Shown here: piece after piece, positions 1-15,265 of the stretch
Layout: every line of letters starts with the position of its first letter
How positions within the stretch are numbered: position 1 is the stretch's first letter
Assembly: GCF_009914755.1 (NCBI RefSeq)
Contig: NC_060926.1
Reading direction: 5' to 3' (one strand)
DNA length: 64,000 nucleotides
Source of the DNA: the human T2T-CHM13v2.0 reference genome, Homo sapiens
Notes under the pieces: model-generated
Databases searched by the model: none
The model's input: the letters and a program-made list of their open reading frames with translations, nothing else
What the model was told of the DNA's origin: nothing
Position numbers and translations under genes: made by a program

Positions 1-350
1 CCCTTCCTACCTCAATCAGTTTATCAGACACTAAGAAATCCCAGTCTTACTGCTCAAGGTTACAGCTAATGCAGAGCCTTTCGAAGAAATGACCACACAT
101 ACTCTCATTATGAACAAGTATATAAATCTGCAGCATACAGCTATATAGCAGATGAGCCTATTTAAATTATCCCACATATGAAGACAAGGAAAGCAGAGTA
201 GTTCTGTTGAAGTGATGGGGCCGAGGGGCTAGAACGCTGTCCCCCAGCCTCCATCGAGTCTCTCCACCCTGAGACACCTCTGGTAAGAGCAGCGTTCTCA
301 GGAACCCTGTTTGAAAACTACTGTATAATCATACCCTTTTAACTTATTAA

Positions 351-353
<3 letters not shown>

Positions 354-398
<45 letters not shown>
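354..398. repeat. (AT)n microsatellite, about 22 units
   Basis: Uninterrupted ATAT... run read directly from the sequence. Confidence 0.98.
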
Positions 399-403
<5 letters not shown>

Positions 404-2294
404 TTGTTACTTTACTTTTTCATAATGCCCACTTTCTTTTTACTGTAGTAACCATGGAATTGAAAATTAGTCATTTTGGAAGATATTTATAAATATCTTC
501 ACTTTAAGGGAAAACTTGAAGTCACTTTATACTTGTTGAAAACATGATCTAGGAATATTTGATTTGTGCATTCTTCTCTCTTTATCTTTTTCATGTGGGA
601 AAGAAGGATTAGAAGCTAGGTTGACTCTTGATCTAATTTCAAATAAGAAAATCATTACACTTGCAAAAATCTATCATTACCAAGCATCATTACTTCACTT
701 GGAGCAATGCAAGGAGAGAAAAAAATAACTGCCTTTAGAACATGAGAAAATTCTCATTGATATGTTTATTCTTTGATTCTTCATCACTTTTCTGCTGCAA
801 GAAGTTAAAAGCCTGCAGCTTGGCAAAAAAAAAAAAAAAAAAAACTAGTTGAATTAGATTCACAAAAATCAAGACTTATCTTCTTAACCACCAGGCACAG
901 AGATTTACCAGGATGGAGTCAGGAACAGGGGAGAAGGGAACGGAATACTAGCTCTGCCAACAGACAGCTAATGTGCAGAAGAATCTGCTAGGAAAATCTG
1001 AGGGGTAAGATGCAGATGTAATAAAATCAACGCCAAGGAAAGGAGGGGGAAAGAAGTTAATGGGAATTCCAGTAATACCCAATTCTGAGGAACCTGAAAT
1101 GGCATGGAAGAGACATAATGTATCTGGAAGTCCATTCTAGGCCCCGTCTGGTGAGGCTTAGGGGAAGAATTCTGAATGTCACACTGAATGGTGCAACTTT
1201 GATAGTTTTACACTTTAAGGGGACTTGTCCTGCATTCCCTGAGAGATATCACTATATAAAAACTGACAAAGTAGGCTACCTGTCAAAGAAACTAATAAAA
1301 GTGCTATAATTATAAGCAAAGGGAGAACTATCTATCATCCCCATTGAAGCAATGTTCTCTTGTTCCCCAGAAGACATGAGGTAATCACCTGGGAGTAGAT
1401 ACCACCAACATAGCATCAGCTGACCATGGCCACCTTGAGATAAGTCCATGAGAGCCATAAGCAGTTCCCAACCACCAGCGTTCTCTGTCTTCATGTCTCT
1501 CCTAGTTTCCCTAAGGCTCAAAACTCATTTCTGATCTGAAAACTCAATTGGCGTGATCAGATGGCATTGGCTAGCCTTCTCACCATTCATCCCAGAGTAT
1601 CACCATTACTTTTTTTGTCCTTCTCTCATCCATCTCCCTGGTACCCATTGCTCCACAACTCACAAGCACTCAGCATAACTCTAGCTTCTATTCTCAACCA
1701 GCTAGGTAAGTAATGCTGGCAGAGAGGGGAGCAAGATATTTCTTGAAATCTTTTAGAAAAATGAAAGATATAACTTTTCTATTTGAGGACAACAAACCCA
1801 GTCATTATACCATCAGGACTGTTATTTAGAGTTGAACCCCTCCAGATTTCTTGCCAGGAAATTAGAAAAAGGGATTATAATGCCAAGACTGCCTTAACCA
1901 CCAATGTCTAGGGATAATTTGGAAAACATATGTATTACCTTTTTGTAATGCCTTCAATGATCATGCATTTATCTGGTTTCTTAAAAATCTATTGCTGACT
2001 TTAGCCTCAAGCAGTCGTAAAGTCTCCCAATTTTCTACATAAAAACTACTTCTAAAAGTCCCCTCATTCCTCAGGCCTATGAGTGTTTATATTATTAGTT
2101 CAAGGTAGGTATGACCAAGTATCTGCTCATCACATCAATAACCAAAGCTCTGAATTTCCTTTTGTGTTTGGGGTCAACATAAAAATGTCAAGATATTGCA
2201 CACAAAAGATATGTGAAGATGTTGCACACAAAATCTTCAGCTTTACTCATTGCTTTCTGAGATTTTGTAAATCTCAAAGACTTGCTTTTGAAAG

Positions 2295-2605
2295 GCATCT
2301 CAATCATGGCTATGTACTGGAATCACCTGAGAATATTTACAAACAGATTTTGATTTAATTGCTCTAAACTGGGGCCTATAAAAAACATGGAGATTACAAT
2401 AAATAGGTTTAATTGTAGATTAATTTAAAAAAATTTAAGCTCCCCAAGTGATGCTAATGTGCAGCTAATATTCAGAACCTTCTAGAGCAGTGGTTGTCAT
2501 TGTATAAGCCTAGTAAATCAGGAACTCTGGAGACATACCCAGCAATGTGTCTTTGAAAGCCTTCTAGGGCTTTTTGATATTTGCTTAAGAATAAAACCAC
2601 TGTTC
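2295..2605. mobile_element. Degraded MER5-family (hAT-Charlie) fragments
   Basis: gaatcacctg...tttaagctccccaagtgatgctaatgtgcag and cagtggtt...gaactctggag resemble MER5A/B segments. Confidence 0.55.
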
Positions 2606-2630
2606 TGGAGTGTAGCAGTAAATACTATGA

Positions 2631-2790
2631 CATTAGTTCTCAAAGTGTAGTGCCCAAATCAGCAGCATCAGCATTATCTGGAAACTTATTAAGAATGCAA
2701 ATTCTTGGTTTCCACCTCAGACTTATTGAATTAGAAAGTCTGGAGGTGGACCCACTGATGTGTGATTTAACAAGCCCTCCAGGTAATTCA
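2631..2790 (+). mobile_element. MER5A DNA transposon fossil
   Basis: tagttctcaaagtg...cagcagcatcagcat...atgcaaattct...ttaacaagccctccaggt follows the MER5A consensus. Confidence 0.85.
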
Positions 2791-2847
2791 GAATTACTGT
2801 ACTTTACGAAACAGAACCAATGAAAATGAAGTTTTTGATAGACACAC

Positions 2848-2935
2848 AAAGAAAAAAAGAAGGAGGGAAAGAAAGAAGGAAGAAAGGAAGGACGAGAGGA
2901 GGAAAGAAAGGTGCGAAGGTGGGAAAGCAGGCAGT
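2848..2935 (+). repeat. Purine-rich (GAAA/GGAA) low-complexity tract
   Basis: gaaggagggaaagaaagaaggaagaaaggaagg. Confidence 0.85.
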
Positions 2936-3289
2936 CAGGCAAGAGTTTTTCGGTTGGTTATTTTGCAGTCTTGTACTAGTTTGATCCTTTTAATACAGGC
3001 TGAGTGGTAGATGATATTGTTCTTTAAAGAAGAATGACAAGGGACAAACAGAAGGTTATTTATAGCAAAATTAGCGGGCAACCAAAACAGAATTTGCAAC
3101 TATATCTATGACTCCAAGACACAGCCGTTCCTTTATGGCACTAGAAGGACATTGAACCACTATAGACTTGATTGACAACTGCCTGGCCCAGTTTCATATG
3201 GCTAGTTATTCTTGTCCTTGTATAAATTAATTTGTAAAATGTAGATCACCTGGAAGAAACCAAAAATATAAATAATAGCTTATACTTAT

Positions 3290-3470
3290 CATTTACTAAA
3301 CATCAGGCATCATTTGACTCTCACAACAATGCTATGTGGTAGATACAATAATCTGATTTTACGTATATGGAAATTGAGAGTTTAAATATTGTGCCCAAGG
3401 TCAGGTCCCCTAACAGGAGAAGTCTGGGTTTAAACCTAAACAGTCTAACCCCACAGTCACACACTTAATC
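3290..3470 (-). mobile_element. MIR SINE fragment
   Basis: ctcacaacaa...ggaaattgag...gcccaaggtca...ggtttaaacctaaacagtct, the MIR core. Confidence 0.6.
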
Positions 3471-3477
3471 ATTACAT

Positions 3478-3690
3478 CAGTAGTTCTCAGCCAGGAGCAG
3501 TTTTGTCCTCCAGGGGATATCTGGCAATATCTGGAGATACTTTTGGTCATTACGTATTGTGGGAAGGTGCTACTGGCATCTGATATGAAGAGGACAGTAT
3601 GAAAAAGTTCTGACGATGCACAAGACAGCTTCCCAATGCAACGAATTATCTGGCCCAATGTGTCAATGGTGCTGAGGTTGAGAAACTCTG
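3478..3690 (+). mobile_element. MER20 DNA transposon, near full length
   Basis: cagtagttctcagcc...ctggcaatatctggagatacttttggt...gtgctactggcatct...gaattatctggccc...ggttgagaaactctg, with terminal inverted ends. Confidence 0.9.
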
Positions 3691-5660
3691 TCCAAGTACA
3701 AGTAAAGGAGAGGTCCCAAGGACAGGCCATTTAATCTGCAAATAATAACTATTTAAATTGTTGCATTCTTTCTCCCTTTTACTCAGGAGATTCCAAAATG
3801 TCTCAAAGTTAAGAATATCTCATGGCCACAGCACAGGTCTAGAGTCTCTTCTAAAACTAGAACTGACTATTCCAGTCTTATGAGTGAATGTTCACTCACG
3901 TCTAGAAATAGCAACTTATTCTCTATCGAGGGATAAGCATTGCATCTAGCAGTGTCTTTAATGAGTCTGCAGTCAGTAAGCAGAGAGCACTACATACTAC
4001 CAGAACCCCAGGTAATTAAGCATGTGGGCTACTAACTTGTTAGTGTATCACAATTTTTATCTAGCCTTATCATTGTCATAAAGGAAACTAAATTAACTTA
4101 CAAACTCCGGCTCCTGAGTGTAATAGAAAGACTTAGCTGAATTAATTAAAATACTATCAGATTCTTGCCCTGTAAATTTCTACTTATGGGTCTGGATCCA
4201 TGAAGGGGTAATTTTCTCAGAATGCAATGCAATGAAGGAGGTCTCTGTGTGAGAGATTAGCTGCCACTTGGTAAGTTTGATCAATAGAGATGGCCAATCC
4301 AAATAATAGGAGAAAGCCTTTATGAGAATCTGACTAAAGACAAGGAAAGATATTTCAAATAAGCTGGGAAGATTTTTGAATAGAGAAGCAGTCTCATTGA
4401 AGCTAAACACACATGGCCCCCTTCTACTCACCTCCTTTAAGACATAACTTATTATTCAGAAATGGTCATCAGCATGAAATTGTATGCCTTCTAATCATTT
4501 AGGGTTCAGACAGACTTTGCTACTTCTGATTGAGGGGGAACCTCTCTATCTCTGCCTCTCTGACAGCTGTCTCTCTCATCTCTCATCACCAGACTGTCTC
4601 AGCACGTTATCTGTAGCACACAGACCCTTGTCATTTTTACCTGGGTTCGCAGTTCCTGATCCGCATGTCTTCCCTAGATCCAGAGTGTATGAACAGGGTC
4701 TTGCAATATCTTTAATCCTTGACCAAACCATCTAATAATAAAATGAACTTAATAAATATTTGCTAAATGAATGAACAAACAGTTGAAAATATCTTTCATT
4801 CCCATATCTACTGTGTTACAGCCAGCTCCCTCCCACCCAGTATGTCACTCTTTTATAAAGGGGAAAGAGAAAGAGAGAGACAGTTTCTGTAGCATACGGA
4901 AAGATATCCAAACTATGCAATGTCATGGAGAGGTAAATAAGATAAGGAAGGGGGACACTTAGGAACATTTAACATCTGTAAAAGACCAAGGTGTTGTGAG
5001 TCTTCTGTGTGATATGCAAGGTCTTTTCCTGTATTTTGGAGATTCACAAGGGCCTACACTGCAATCTCAAAGGACTCTGGGGTACTGAAAGGGAGGCTAA
5101 ATGGGTTCTCTGTGTCTCTCTTTTCCATCAGCAGAACATTATATCTGTTTTATGTATCCAGGACCTAAATTATATTATATTTAAAAATAGGGGTTTTCTG
5201 TCCAAAAAAAGCTTATAAAATCACTAATTTAGTTGAATCTTCTAATTCTGCCACTGAAATAATAGAAGCCTCAGGTGAAATAAACTCCCCACATTCACAA
5301 GACTAACAAATGGCTGAATCAGCACTAAGTCATTGATCGGTTTCCAGTGCCCAGTGGACCATTCTTCAATGTTCTGGGAGAAGTTGGTGTGATGAGGAGG
5401 AGCAAAGGAGAGAGGAACGGGAGACAAGAAGCATCTGGGAGCATGCTCACCTAGGAATGTTAACTTATTATATGAGCCAGCATCATCAGCCTCATACTTA
5501 AGTAGATTGTGTGCACTACTGAGGTGCCTCTAATACCCACTACTCTAGGTTAAAGCATGTGCATCTAGGAGTTAATTCCTATTCCAAAAGAAATGCACAC
5601 ACCAGGAGACGAAATGCACTACGTCACTAGCAGTCACGTGTCCAGCCTCTCACTAACCTA

Positions 5661-5984
<324 letters not shown>

Positions 5985-6259
5985 CACAGCGCTGAACAAA
6001 GACTCATTCATCACTCCAGGAAATAGGGCACAAAGGAGAGGGTGTTAGATGGAGTAAATCAGCATAGACAAGTCTGCGTTGCGGCATGAGAATCCTGCAT
6101 ACTCAGGACAAAAGAAAAAAATGTCTACAGTGGTTTGACGATTGTATCATGATCTGGCAAAAGCCTGTTTACAAAAGCCTGTTTGCTCACAGAGGTTCTT
6201 GCAGAAGAAATGAGAGCTTTAGTGAGAAAACCTCCAGCTTCAGAAAAAGAATCCTTGAT

Positions 6260-6750
<491 letters not shown>

Positions 6751-7818
6751 TGGTAAAAAATGGTAAAAAAAAAAAAAAAAAAAAAAAGTAACATTGTGGC
6801 ATATCTTACACTAATAATCATAGGATTTAGCAAAGGGAAATAGACTATGGGTAGCATCTTTTGTGACTAGGGCCCTGGTTTTAAGCTTAGTGCCCAACAC
6901 CTTGAAGAGCCAGTGCCTGAGGAAGGTGCTAATGGGCACAGCTGCTCTGGCTGTGTACTTCAGTGTCATTCACACTTAAGTACTCAGCAAGAGCAGAAAT
7001 TCCTTTAAAAGTAACCTAAGCAAATCAGGAAAGCAGCCAATGCTGCATTGCAGACGTGGCTCTGTTTCCCTGTGTAAAAAGAACATCATGCTTGCTGCAG
7101 GGATTTCAGAGACACTTAGTGCTTGGTTTGAAATTTGGGCTTTGTTCCTTTTTTTTTTCCTTCTTTTTATTTTAAGTGGAATCAGCTAGGTGCTGCTGAT
7201 ATTTGTAGTGTGACAAAATAGTGATTCACTGCACAGAACCAGGTCCTAGCAGCAATTTGCAGGGGAAATAAATACAGGAGCAATCACAAGTATTATCTTC
7301 CTAGCCAGCATGATGTGATATAAAACAAAGAATTTCAACGGAGGGAAGGAAGTGTCCCTCTAGAGTGGGGGAAGTATAATCTTTGTTGCTTTCCAGATAG
7401 AAACTTTGAGGACTGGCTCCCAAACTGCAGATATGCTGCTTTCAGAGAAAAATCTTTGACCTCTCTAACTTTCCAAAGGAGCTGTAATTAGAATAATGCA
7501 GTGATTTTTTCTCACTCTTTTTGAAATATAAGAGAGTAGCCCTAATAGCTAGATAAATCTCTGATGCCTCTCCCAGTGGACTTCCTGCTTATTGAACCCA
7601 TTTGCCATGTGTTGATTTTGCAAAATGAGTCAACAAGAATAAGATGGTTAATGTATTAGGGTGATTATGGGTCCAGGCCACCATCAGAGGGAAAACACAT
7701 GTTAACATTACCTTACTTAATGTCACAAAGAAAGTATTGAAAACAAATAAATGTATAATTGTTCCCTGTGTGCCAGGTACTGTGCTAAGTGCTTTAAAAA
7801 TATAATCTTATATAATCC

Positions 7819-7966
7819 TTACACCAACTTCAGAAGACACATTCTGAATTTTGCCTTTAGAGCCAGAGATGAATTGAAGGATGAATGCAAAGTTACACCA
7901 ACTCCAGAAAATACATCCTGAATTTTGCCTTCAGAACCAGAGATGAACTTAAGGATGAATGCTAAG
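7819..7966. repeat. Tandem duplication, 2 x 74 bp
   Basis: Units 7819-7892 and 7893-7966 align without gaps; 9 mismatches by hand count. Confidence 0.95.
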
Positions 7967-10454
7967 ACTTCAATAGGAAAAGCTCTTTCACTTGTCTGAT
8001 GCTGCCCCCACCTCCTACCCCTGTGCCACCTTCTTCACTTGACATTGAGAACACAGACTACCATATTGAATACTATCCCAATAGCTAGTGTACATATTTC
8101 TTTCAAAACATTTCGTAACATATTTTCCCTTATCAAACTTGATCTTGGGAAATGGTCTTCATCAACTATTTTAGTCTAACAGTCATAGGGCTCACTTGCC
8201 CAAAATACTTGTAAGATTCATCTTTTCCTGGTGATGGAAGTCTATGGTGGGTGTCCATTACATAACCTAGATCACAGTGTAGTTGTTGTGGCTGGAATCA
8301 AGATGGAAAACATGTTGGTGACTGAGAAATCTGAAAGAAATTCTTAATACTTTGCAGAGCATAATTAAAATCTAATAATGTGGTTCACCTATATCTTAAA
8401 GCTGTAAAAGCTGATAACTGCAGAGATTAAGCAACCTTCATTTGGAGAAATGAGTTAAGAAAGGATTGGGGTTCAGTTGTCCTGTAAAACCAATTGTCTT
8501 TCCACTGGATTACAAAATGGAATGAAGAGTTGGTGAAGGTGACAGAGAAGGGAGGGCAGAGAGTGTAGGGAACATTCCAGGAGATTACTGTATTTTAGGA
8601 AAACCAAATAGGAGAATAAAATTCAAATAGAGAATACTCCAAACAGCCCATAATGTTGCAGAGAATTCAAAGAGGCTAGAGACTAAAAAACAAACACTTC
8701 ATTTGGTTATTAAGAAGTCATTGGAAACTGTTGAGTGGGTAATTAAAAAAATGATGGGACATGCACCAAAGCGAAGGGAATTGAAAGATTGTGGGAAACT
8801 AAGTAGTAGGAGACTGTCAACTATCAAAACATGAAGAGAAGGAAACGTACCTGATGCACTGAATGGGTTTTAGGATGGGAGTGACCTAAGTAAGTTTATG
8901 GGTGAAGAGGGGTAGATTGCTGTGAGATGACATCATTGAAGAATAAGAGGTGGGATAGAGAGGTGGGATAAAGAGAATGAGATCAAACCAAATCAGAGTG
9001 GATATACAGGAAGACTTTGGGATAGAGAATACATAAAATAAAGTAAATTGCTTGGATTTGAGATAAAGATGAAAAGGCACAGGAAATTTAGAATGTAATC
9101 TGATCTATCAATCAGTACAGAATTGTATTTGAGTAAGATTTTTGGATAAGTGTCATGTCTTTTATCAAGATTTTGTGACAAATAATTGGATGTAGCAGGA
9201 ATCCAGGCTCATTGATGCATTGTATTATGCCTACCATAAAGCAAGCTCAAAAATGCACCCAGAAATATCTGGAATGAGCCCTTTAATCTCATCTAGAACA
9301 GGACAGATTATACTTATATGGATACACACACACATACACACACACACACAGAGAGAGAGAGAATAATTATTGCTTTAAGTAATTGGCACAGAAATGAAAA
9401 AAGAAAAGAAAGAAAGAGGGAAGGCAAAATTTCTGCTTCTGATAGACTTAGAGTCTTTTTGGGAAGGCAAAGTCAGCCCTAATGGGAAATAACTGGGTCA
9501 TTTAGAGTGGATCATACATCAACCGTGGTGCCAAAGAAAATGTTATGGACAAAATGTCTGAGAGCTGAGCATTTGCATATAATGCAGATATCATGGGCTG
9601 GCAGTAATCACTCAGGCTTCCTGGAGTTTGAATATAAACAAAGAAGTATTTAGGTTTCCACAATTAAGTATTAATGTTCTTTTCACCAAGAACAAATAAT
9701 TTTATTTAAATGTTTTTTTCCAAGTCTCTGAAGAAATACAGGAAGTCTTCAATCCAACACCTGAGGAGTCATTTGAGGTTACTTTAGATGAAGCTCGTAT
9801 TTTTTTTAAGTGAAAAATGTACTGTTTATTACACATACTTCTTGATAAATCAGGCATTGGTATATTTCTTAAAATTATGAGTCCTTTTACTGTGCATTGT
9901 TAACTGGCCTATACCTCAATAATTATTGCAGATTTTCTTTCTCTATTTAATTAGGTGATTTGATTTGTACTTTATATAATTATAGTATTTGTCTCCTCCT
10001 TTGTCCAAGGCAAAATTGTAATCATTAGGTCTACTACCCAAGGCTGCTAAATGAATATTTACTAAAATAAAAAAATAAGCCACTGAAAAGGGTATAATTG
10101 TATCTGAACCAGAAAATTTCCATTTCATATCCATCATCTTAATTTCATTGTGGCTGCTGAACTCAAAATGAAAAGGCACAGAAACCCCAGGGGAAGGCAG
10201 AACAGTAACATCATTATATCTTCACAGAAAATAAGTTCCTAAGAGCTCAGTGCAAACAGCATACCCTCCCTCCACATAGTCTATATACATCCAAGCTTCG
10301 AGACAGTCAAGATCACACCTTTGTCAGCAGACGGCCTTTGGACTCAAACTGCAACTCTTCCCTGCATGTCCTGCCTGCCAAGCCTACCCTGCAGATTTAG
10401 GACCTACCAAGCCTCCACAATTGTATGAGCCAATTCTTTAAAAGAAATGTCTCA

Positions 10455-10757
10455 GGGCAGGTGCGGTGGCTCACGTCTGTAATCCTAGCATTTTAGGAGG
10501 CCAAGGCAGGCAGATTACCTGAGGTCAGTTCAAGACCAGCCTAACCAATATAGTAAAACCCCATCTCTACTAAAAATACAAAAATTAGCCAGGTGTGATG
10601 GTGGGTGCCTGTAGTCCCAGCTACTCAGGAGGCTGAGACAGGAGAATCACTTGAACCCGGGCAGCGGAGGTTGCAGCGAGCTGAGATCTCGCAGTTGCAC
10701 TCCAGCCTGGATGGCAGAGTGAGACTCCGTCTCAAAAAAAGAAAGAAAGAAAAGAAA
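10455..10757 (+). mobile_element. AluS, full length, with an A/(GAAA)n tail
   Basis: Alu dimer sequence; small deletion in gaggtca(gg)agttc. Confidence 0.95.
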
Positions 10758-10759
<2 letters not shown>

Positions 10760-10808
<49 letters not shown>

Positions 10809-10838
10809 ATATATATTATATATATATATATATATATA
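10760..10838. repeat. Compound (TG)n(TA)n microsatellite
   Basis: About 20 TG units followed by an interrupted TA run. Confidence 0.97.
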
Positions 10839-10899
10839 AAATCTGTCTGTTCTGCTTCTTTGGAGAACTCTGACTAATACACCAGATTCAACTTTATTT

Positions 10900-11212
<313 letters not shown>

Positions 11213-12619
11213 AGATTCAACTTTATTTATTATTGTTGTTGTTGTTTCAATCAGAAAATATTTTCATTCAAACTGTTTTGGTCAGGGAAATGATCATGGT
11301 ATCTTTGCTGAGACTCGAACTCTGTAAACCTGGTTATAATATCTATTACATGAACCAGAGTTACTGTACCTTTGTCTGGAACCTCAGTTCCCTCTCTTAA
11401 GATCATGGGGGGTGGGTGGGTGGGAGGAGACTGAGTCAGGGACTGAGGTTTCTTTGCCATATGGTATCAAATATGTGACATAATTTATTTAATGTTTAAT
11501 AAATCATTGATGGATTATTTTATTTAGTGCTCCATCACTTTGCTTGTGAATGAACAATAGTAATTATTGCCCACCTGATCTAAATCAAAATATAAGCTTT
11601 GTTACCATTCATTATAGTATGTTGGGGAAAAAATGTTTTCTTAGACCTTATCTTGCTGGGTTCTTTGTAGCACTGGGAACTGCTTTCACTCCTTTGGTGA
11701 AGGGGTCTTCTCCTGCCTTAATTTCAGCAACATATTTCCTTCTGTTTCTGATTCAAGCAGAGACAACAACTGGAAAAGGTATTTACAGTAAGTATGGCAA
11801 AGGCTCGAATTCCTCAATAAGTAAGGAATATAGTCAAAGCAATAAAATTTCACCGAGACAAAAACCAGCAACTAGAAGTTGTAAAATAAGGATATTTTGT
11901 GATAGCCAAATATTGGAAAAATTATTTTACCTCATGATTAATCAAACAAATACAAATTTCCATAATGTGAAGGAGTTTTTCAGCCATATAATTAGCAAAG
12001 ATTTCTCTTATTTTAATTCTAGACCTGATAGGAAGGTATGGTGAGCCTGATGGGGTGGTAGAAATCAGTACAGAATGTTTAGAAAATCATTTGGCAATCT
12101 GCATCAACAGACTTGAAATATCCAAACCCCCAAATCCATTGTTAGGTACCTTTCTCATGCATTAGTCATCAATCAGAGTGTGGAGAGAGTTCTATGTGAA
12201 GAGGTGCTTGTTAGACCATTATGTAAAATGACAACAACAAAAAAGAGACATAGATAATAATAGACAAATGGATAATTAAATAATACATCCACTTAATAAA
12301 AAATTAAGCAACCACTAAAATTATGCTTATTAAGAGTTCGTAGTAACATAATGTTAAATGAGAAATAAAACAAGATACGAACAAAGCTATATTTAATATA
12401 ATTTTTCTGAGAAGACCTTTGTTCTGCTTTCCTGTAGGCCACACAGGCCACAGACCTGGTGACAACTCCATGATGTTTTTTTCCTCATCAGAGAAAAAGG
12501 CAAATTCAAAGGGAATGTTTCAGGAGAGGCTGGCAAGTAGAGGGTGACTTTTTGCCAGTGTTGCTGATTCAGTGGCAAGTTATGCGTGTAGATTTGAAGC
12601 ATTGAAACACATGGGCTAA

Positions 12620-12830
12620 GCACTCAGTCCTGACTGCAAAGCCCAGCTCTACTATAGGTTCTCTAATCTTAGGTTTGTTCCTTTAACAATCTTAGCTTCA
12701 GTTGTTTCATCCACAAAGGAGAAATATTAATAATATGTCTCCTACATAATCCAGTTATTAGAATTAAATAAAATTGTTATTTAAATTACATCACAGTGCC
12801 TGGCACACTGTAAATGCTCAATAATTTCTA
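12620..12830 (+). mobile_element. MIR fragment
   Basis: cccagctctact...cttcagttgtttcatc...acagtgcctggcacactgtaaatgctcaataa. Confidence 0.65.
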
Positions 12831-13848
12831 GTTAATTTTATGCTGGGAAGATTTGCCTGATGAAATAAAGCATATGTTCTCATCTGTTCCATTAATTAAT
12901 TAAGACTAAATTAATTAAGACTTAATAGAATTCATAGTGTGGAAACCTAACTACTTCTTAACATAGTCCAATATGTTCCCTTTCTGGTAAATTAGCTGTA
13001 GCAATGGTCACTACCTCCTAGGATTTTTGAGTGGGGGGTGAACGAGATAATGCATTTAATATGCTCAGCAGAGTGCTTGGCAGGGAGTAAAACAATCAAT
13101 AAGATGATAGCTTTTAAAAAGAAAAAGAAAAAAAGAAAGAATATACTCTTCATTATAATTTTAGTTAAATGAAGAGTTTCTTCACCAATCTGTTGACCAA
13201 TCAGCTTCTACTGCTTGCTTACTAAAGGCCAGAATCTGTGCAGATGCAACATGGATTTGCACACGTAACTACAAGAGCCAACACAGTAGAGCAATGTGTC
13301 AAATGTTAAGGAAAATAATTTTCATTGTGCTTCATGGAATTTTTGTTCTTTAAATACATTTTTTTGCTACTGTTGCTCAAGAAGTGTAATTTCCACCTAA
13401 GGGGCCGGAAATGGAGAGTTTGGATGAATAATAACAACAGCTTTGTGAGTTTAAAAAGGATAAATGTGACTTGGCTAATTTGATAGTGATTTCTTTTCAA
13501 ATTTGGAAGAAAAGAGTAACTAAAGAAAGCAGAATTTTCTAATTTGTATTTCACTTAAAATGCCACTGTGTATTTCTGAAAAGCTAATGACAAAATTAGC
13601 TGTAAGTGGTGTGAAAAAGAAACCATCCAAAGGCTTGAACAGGAAGGTGCCACAAATGAAATAGTCCCCACTGTGCGTTCCAGATTGGAGCAGAGATGCA
13701 GGAGATTTGGAAGCAAAAGCAAAATGGAAGGGATTATAACTGCAAACAGCAGTGTTTGGGAAAAATTACCAACCATGTGATAGAATGGAAAAGCTCAATC
13801 TGAAGATTTAAGAAGTGAGGAAAAACAGCAGCATGCTACTAGTACTAA

Positions 13849-14248
<400 letters not shown>

Positions 14249-15096
14249 TAGAATGCTCTTTAGGAAGGGAAGGTTATGAATGTCAGTTGATCTCCATCGT
14301 CAGTTATGAGGACAATGGAAAAGGAAATGGACTGGGTCTGCAGTTATAAAAATAATTGCCAGCATTTACAGCTTTCAAAGCATTTTCACAAACATTATCA
14401 CATTGGTACTTAGCACAGTTATGTATGTTATAAAGAAAGAACATTAGTATTCCCTTTACATTAGGAAACAGAAGCACAAAATAGAAGAGTTGAGACACAG
14501 AAATTAGTCTTAGCGCGTAAAGCACATGGTTCTTTATTTCCACAAAACTGAGGAATTTGGGGCAAAAAAACAAAACAAAACAAAAAAACACTGCTTTTTG
14601 TGATGGCAAATACCAAGATGTCGTTACAGACTATTTATGTATTAGCCACATCGGCACAAAGTCACTTAGTTAAATTAATATTCCCACTTTTGTATTCTTA
14701 TTTCACAAAATAACAATATGCTTAACTGTTGTTAATCACATGACCTTCCCACCAAAATATAGACAATGTAGTAATGTTGTCATTTTTTTTTCCAAATAAT
14801 TTCCCTAGATCATCAGTTTTTGGCGACCTTTGCCTCAGGCCCCGAATCCTTCTTGAACTTGAAGCCACACGCTGATCACTGGGGATCTTGTTAAAATGCA
14901 GATCGTTGTGTTAGTTTATCCTTTCCCTAAAAGACTAGAACAACCTGGAATGTGAATCCCAAGAAAATACCCAGCTGGGGACTGAAACCTTTGATAAAGT
15001 TGTACGTGTATTCCTTCTTAGAGGATCGTGGAATGGTTCTCCTTTCCACCACTCCTGGTCATATGCGGCAGGAGCTACCTTAGCTGCGCATCACCC

Positions 15097-15265
15097 CAGG
15101 GCTTCTTGAACTTGAGTCTGCATAGGAATTACCTGGGAATCTTGCTAACAGGCAGATTCTGATTCTGTTATTCTGAAATGGGGACCTGGGATTCTGCATT
15201 TCTAACCTACTCCCACCTGATGCTGATGATGCTGGTCTGTGGACCCCATCTGTAATAGCAATGAT
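15097..15265 (-). mobile_element. MER5A-family element
   Basis: gaattacctggg...gcagattctgattc...ttctgcatttctaac...tgatgctgatgatgctggtc. Confidence 0.8.

Larger units (their letters stand above)
10325..10881 (+). mobile_element. MLT2 (ERVL) LTR 3' part, interrupted by an Alu and a microsatellite
   Basis: gcctaccctgcagattt...agcctccacaattg...gagccaattc and terminal ttctgcttctttggagaactctgactaataca. Confidence 0.8.

Noticed and set aside
4426-4440. Consensus minus-strand donor GAG|gtgagt
   Set aside because: No convincing paired acceptor or open frame upstream.
5621-5640. ACGTCA and GTCACGTG motifs
   Set aside because: Two isolated short motifs with no CpG island or other support.
9725-9812. 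Protein-like acidic frame SEEIQEVFNPTPEESFEVTLDEA
   Set aside because: Weak AAG acceptor, no good donor and no recognised homologue.
11550-12044. 164-aa ORF, the longest non-L1 ORF
   Set aside because: AT-rich composition, no recognisable domain, no promoter or splice context; most likely a chance ORF.
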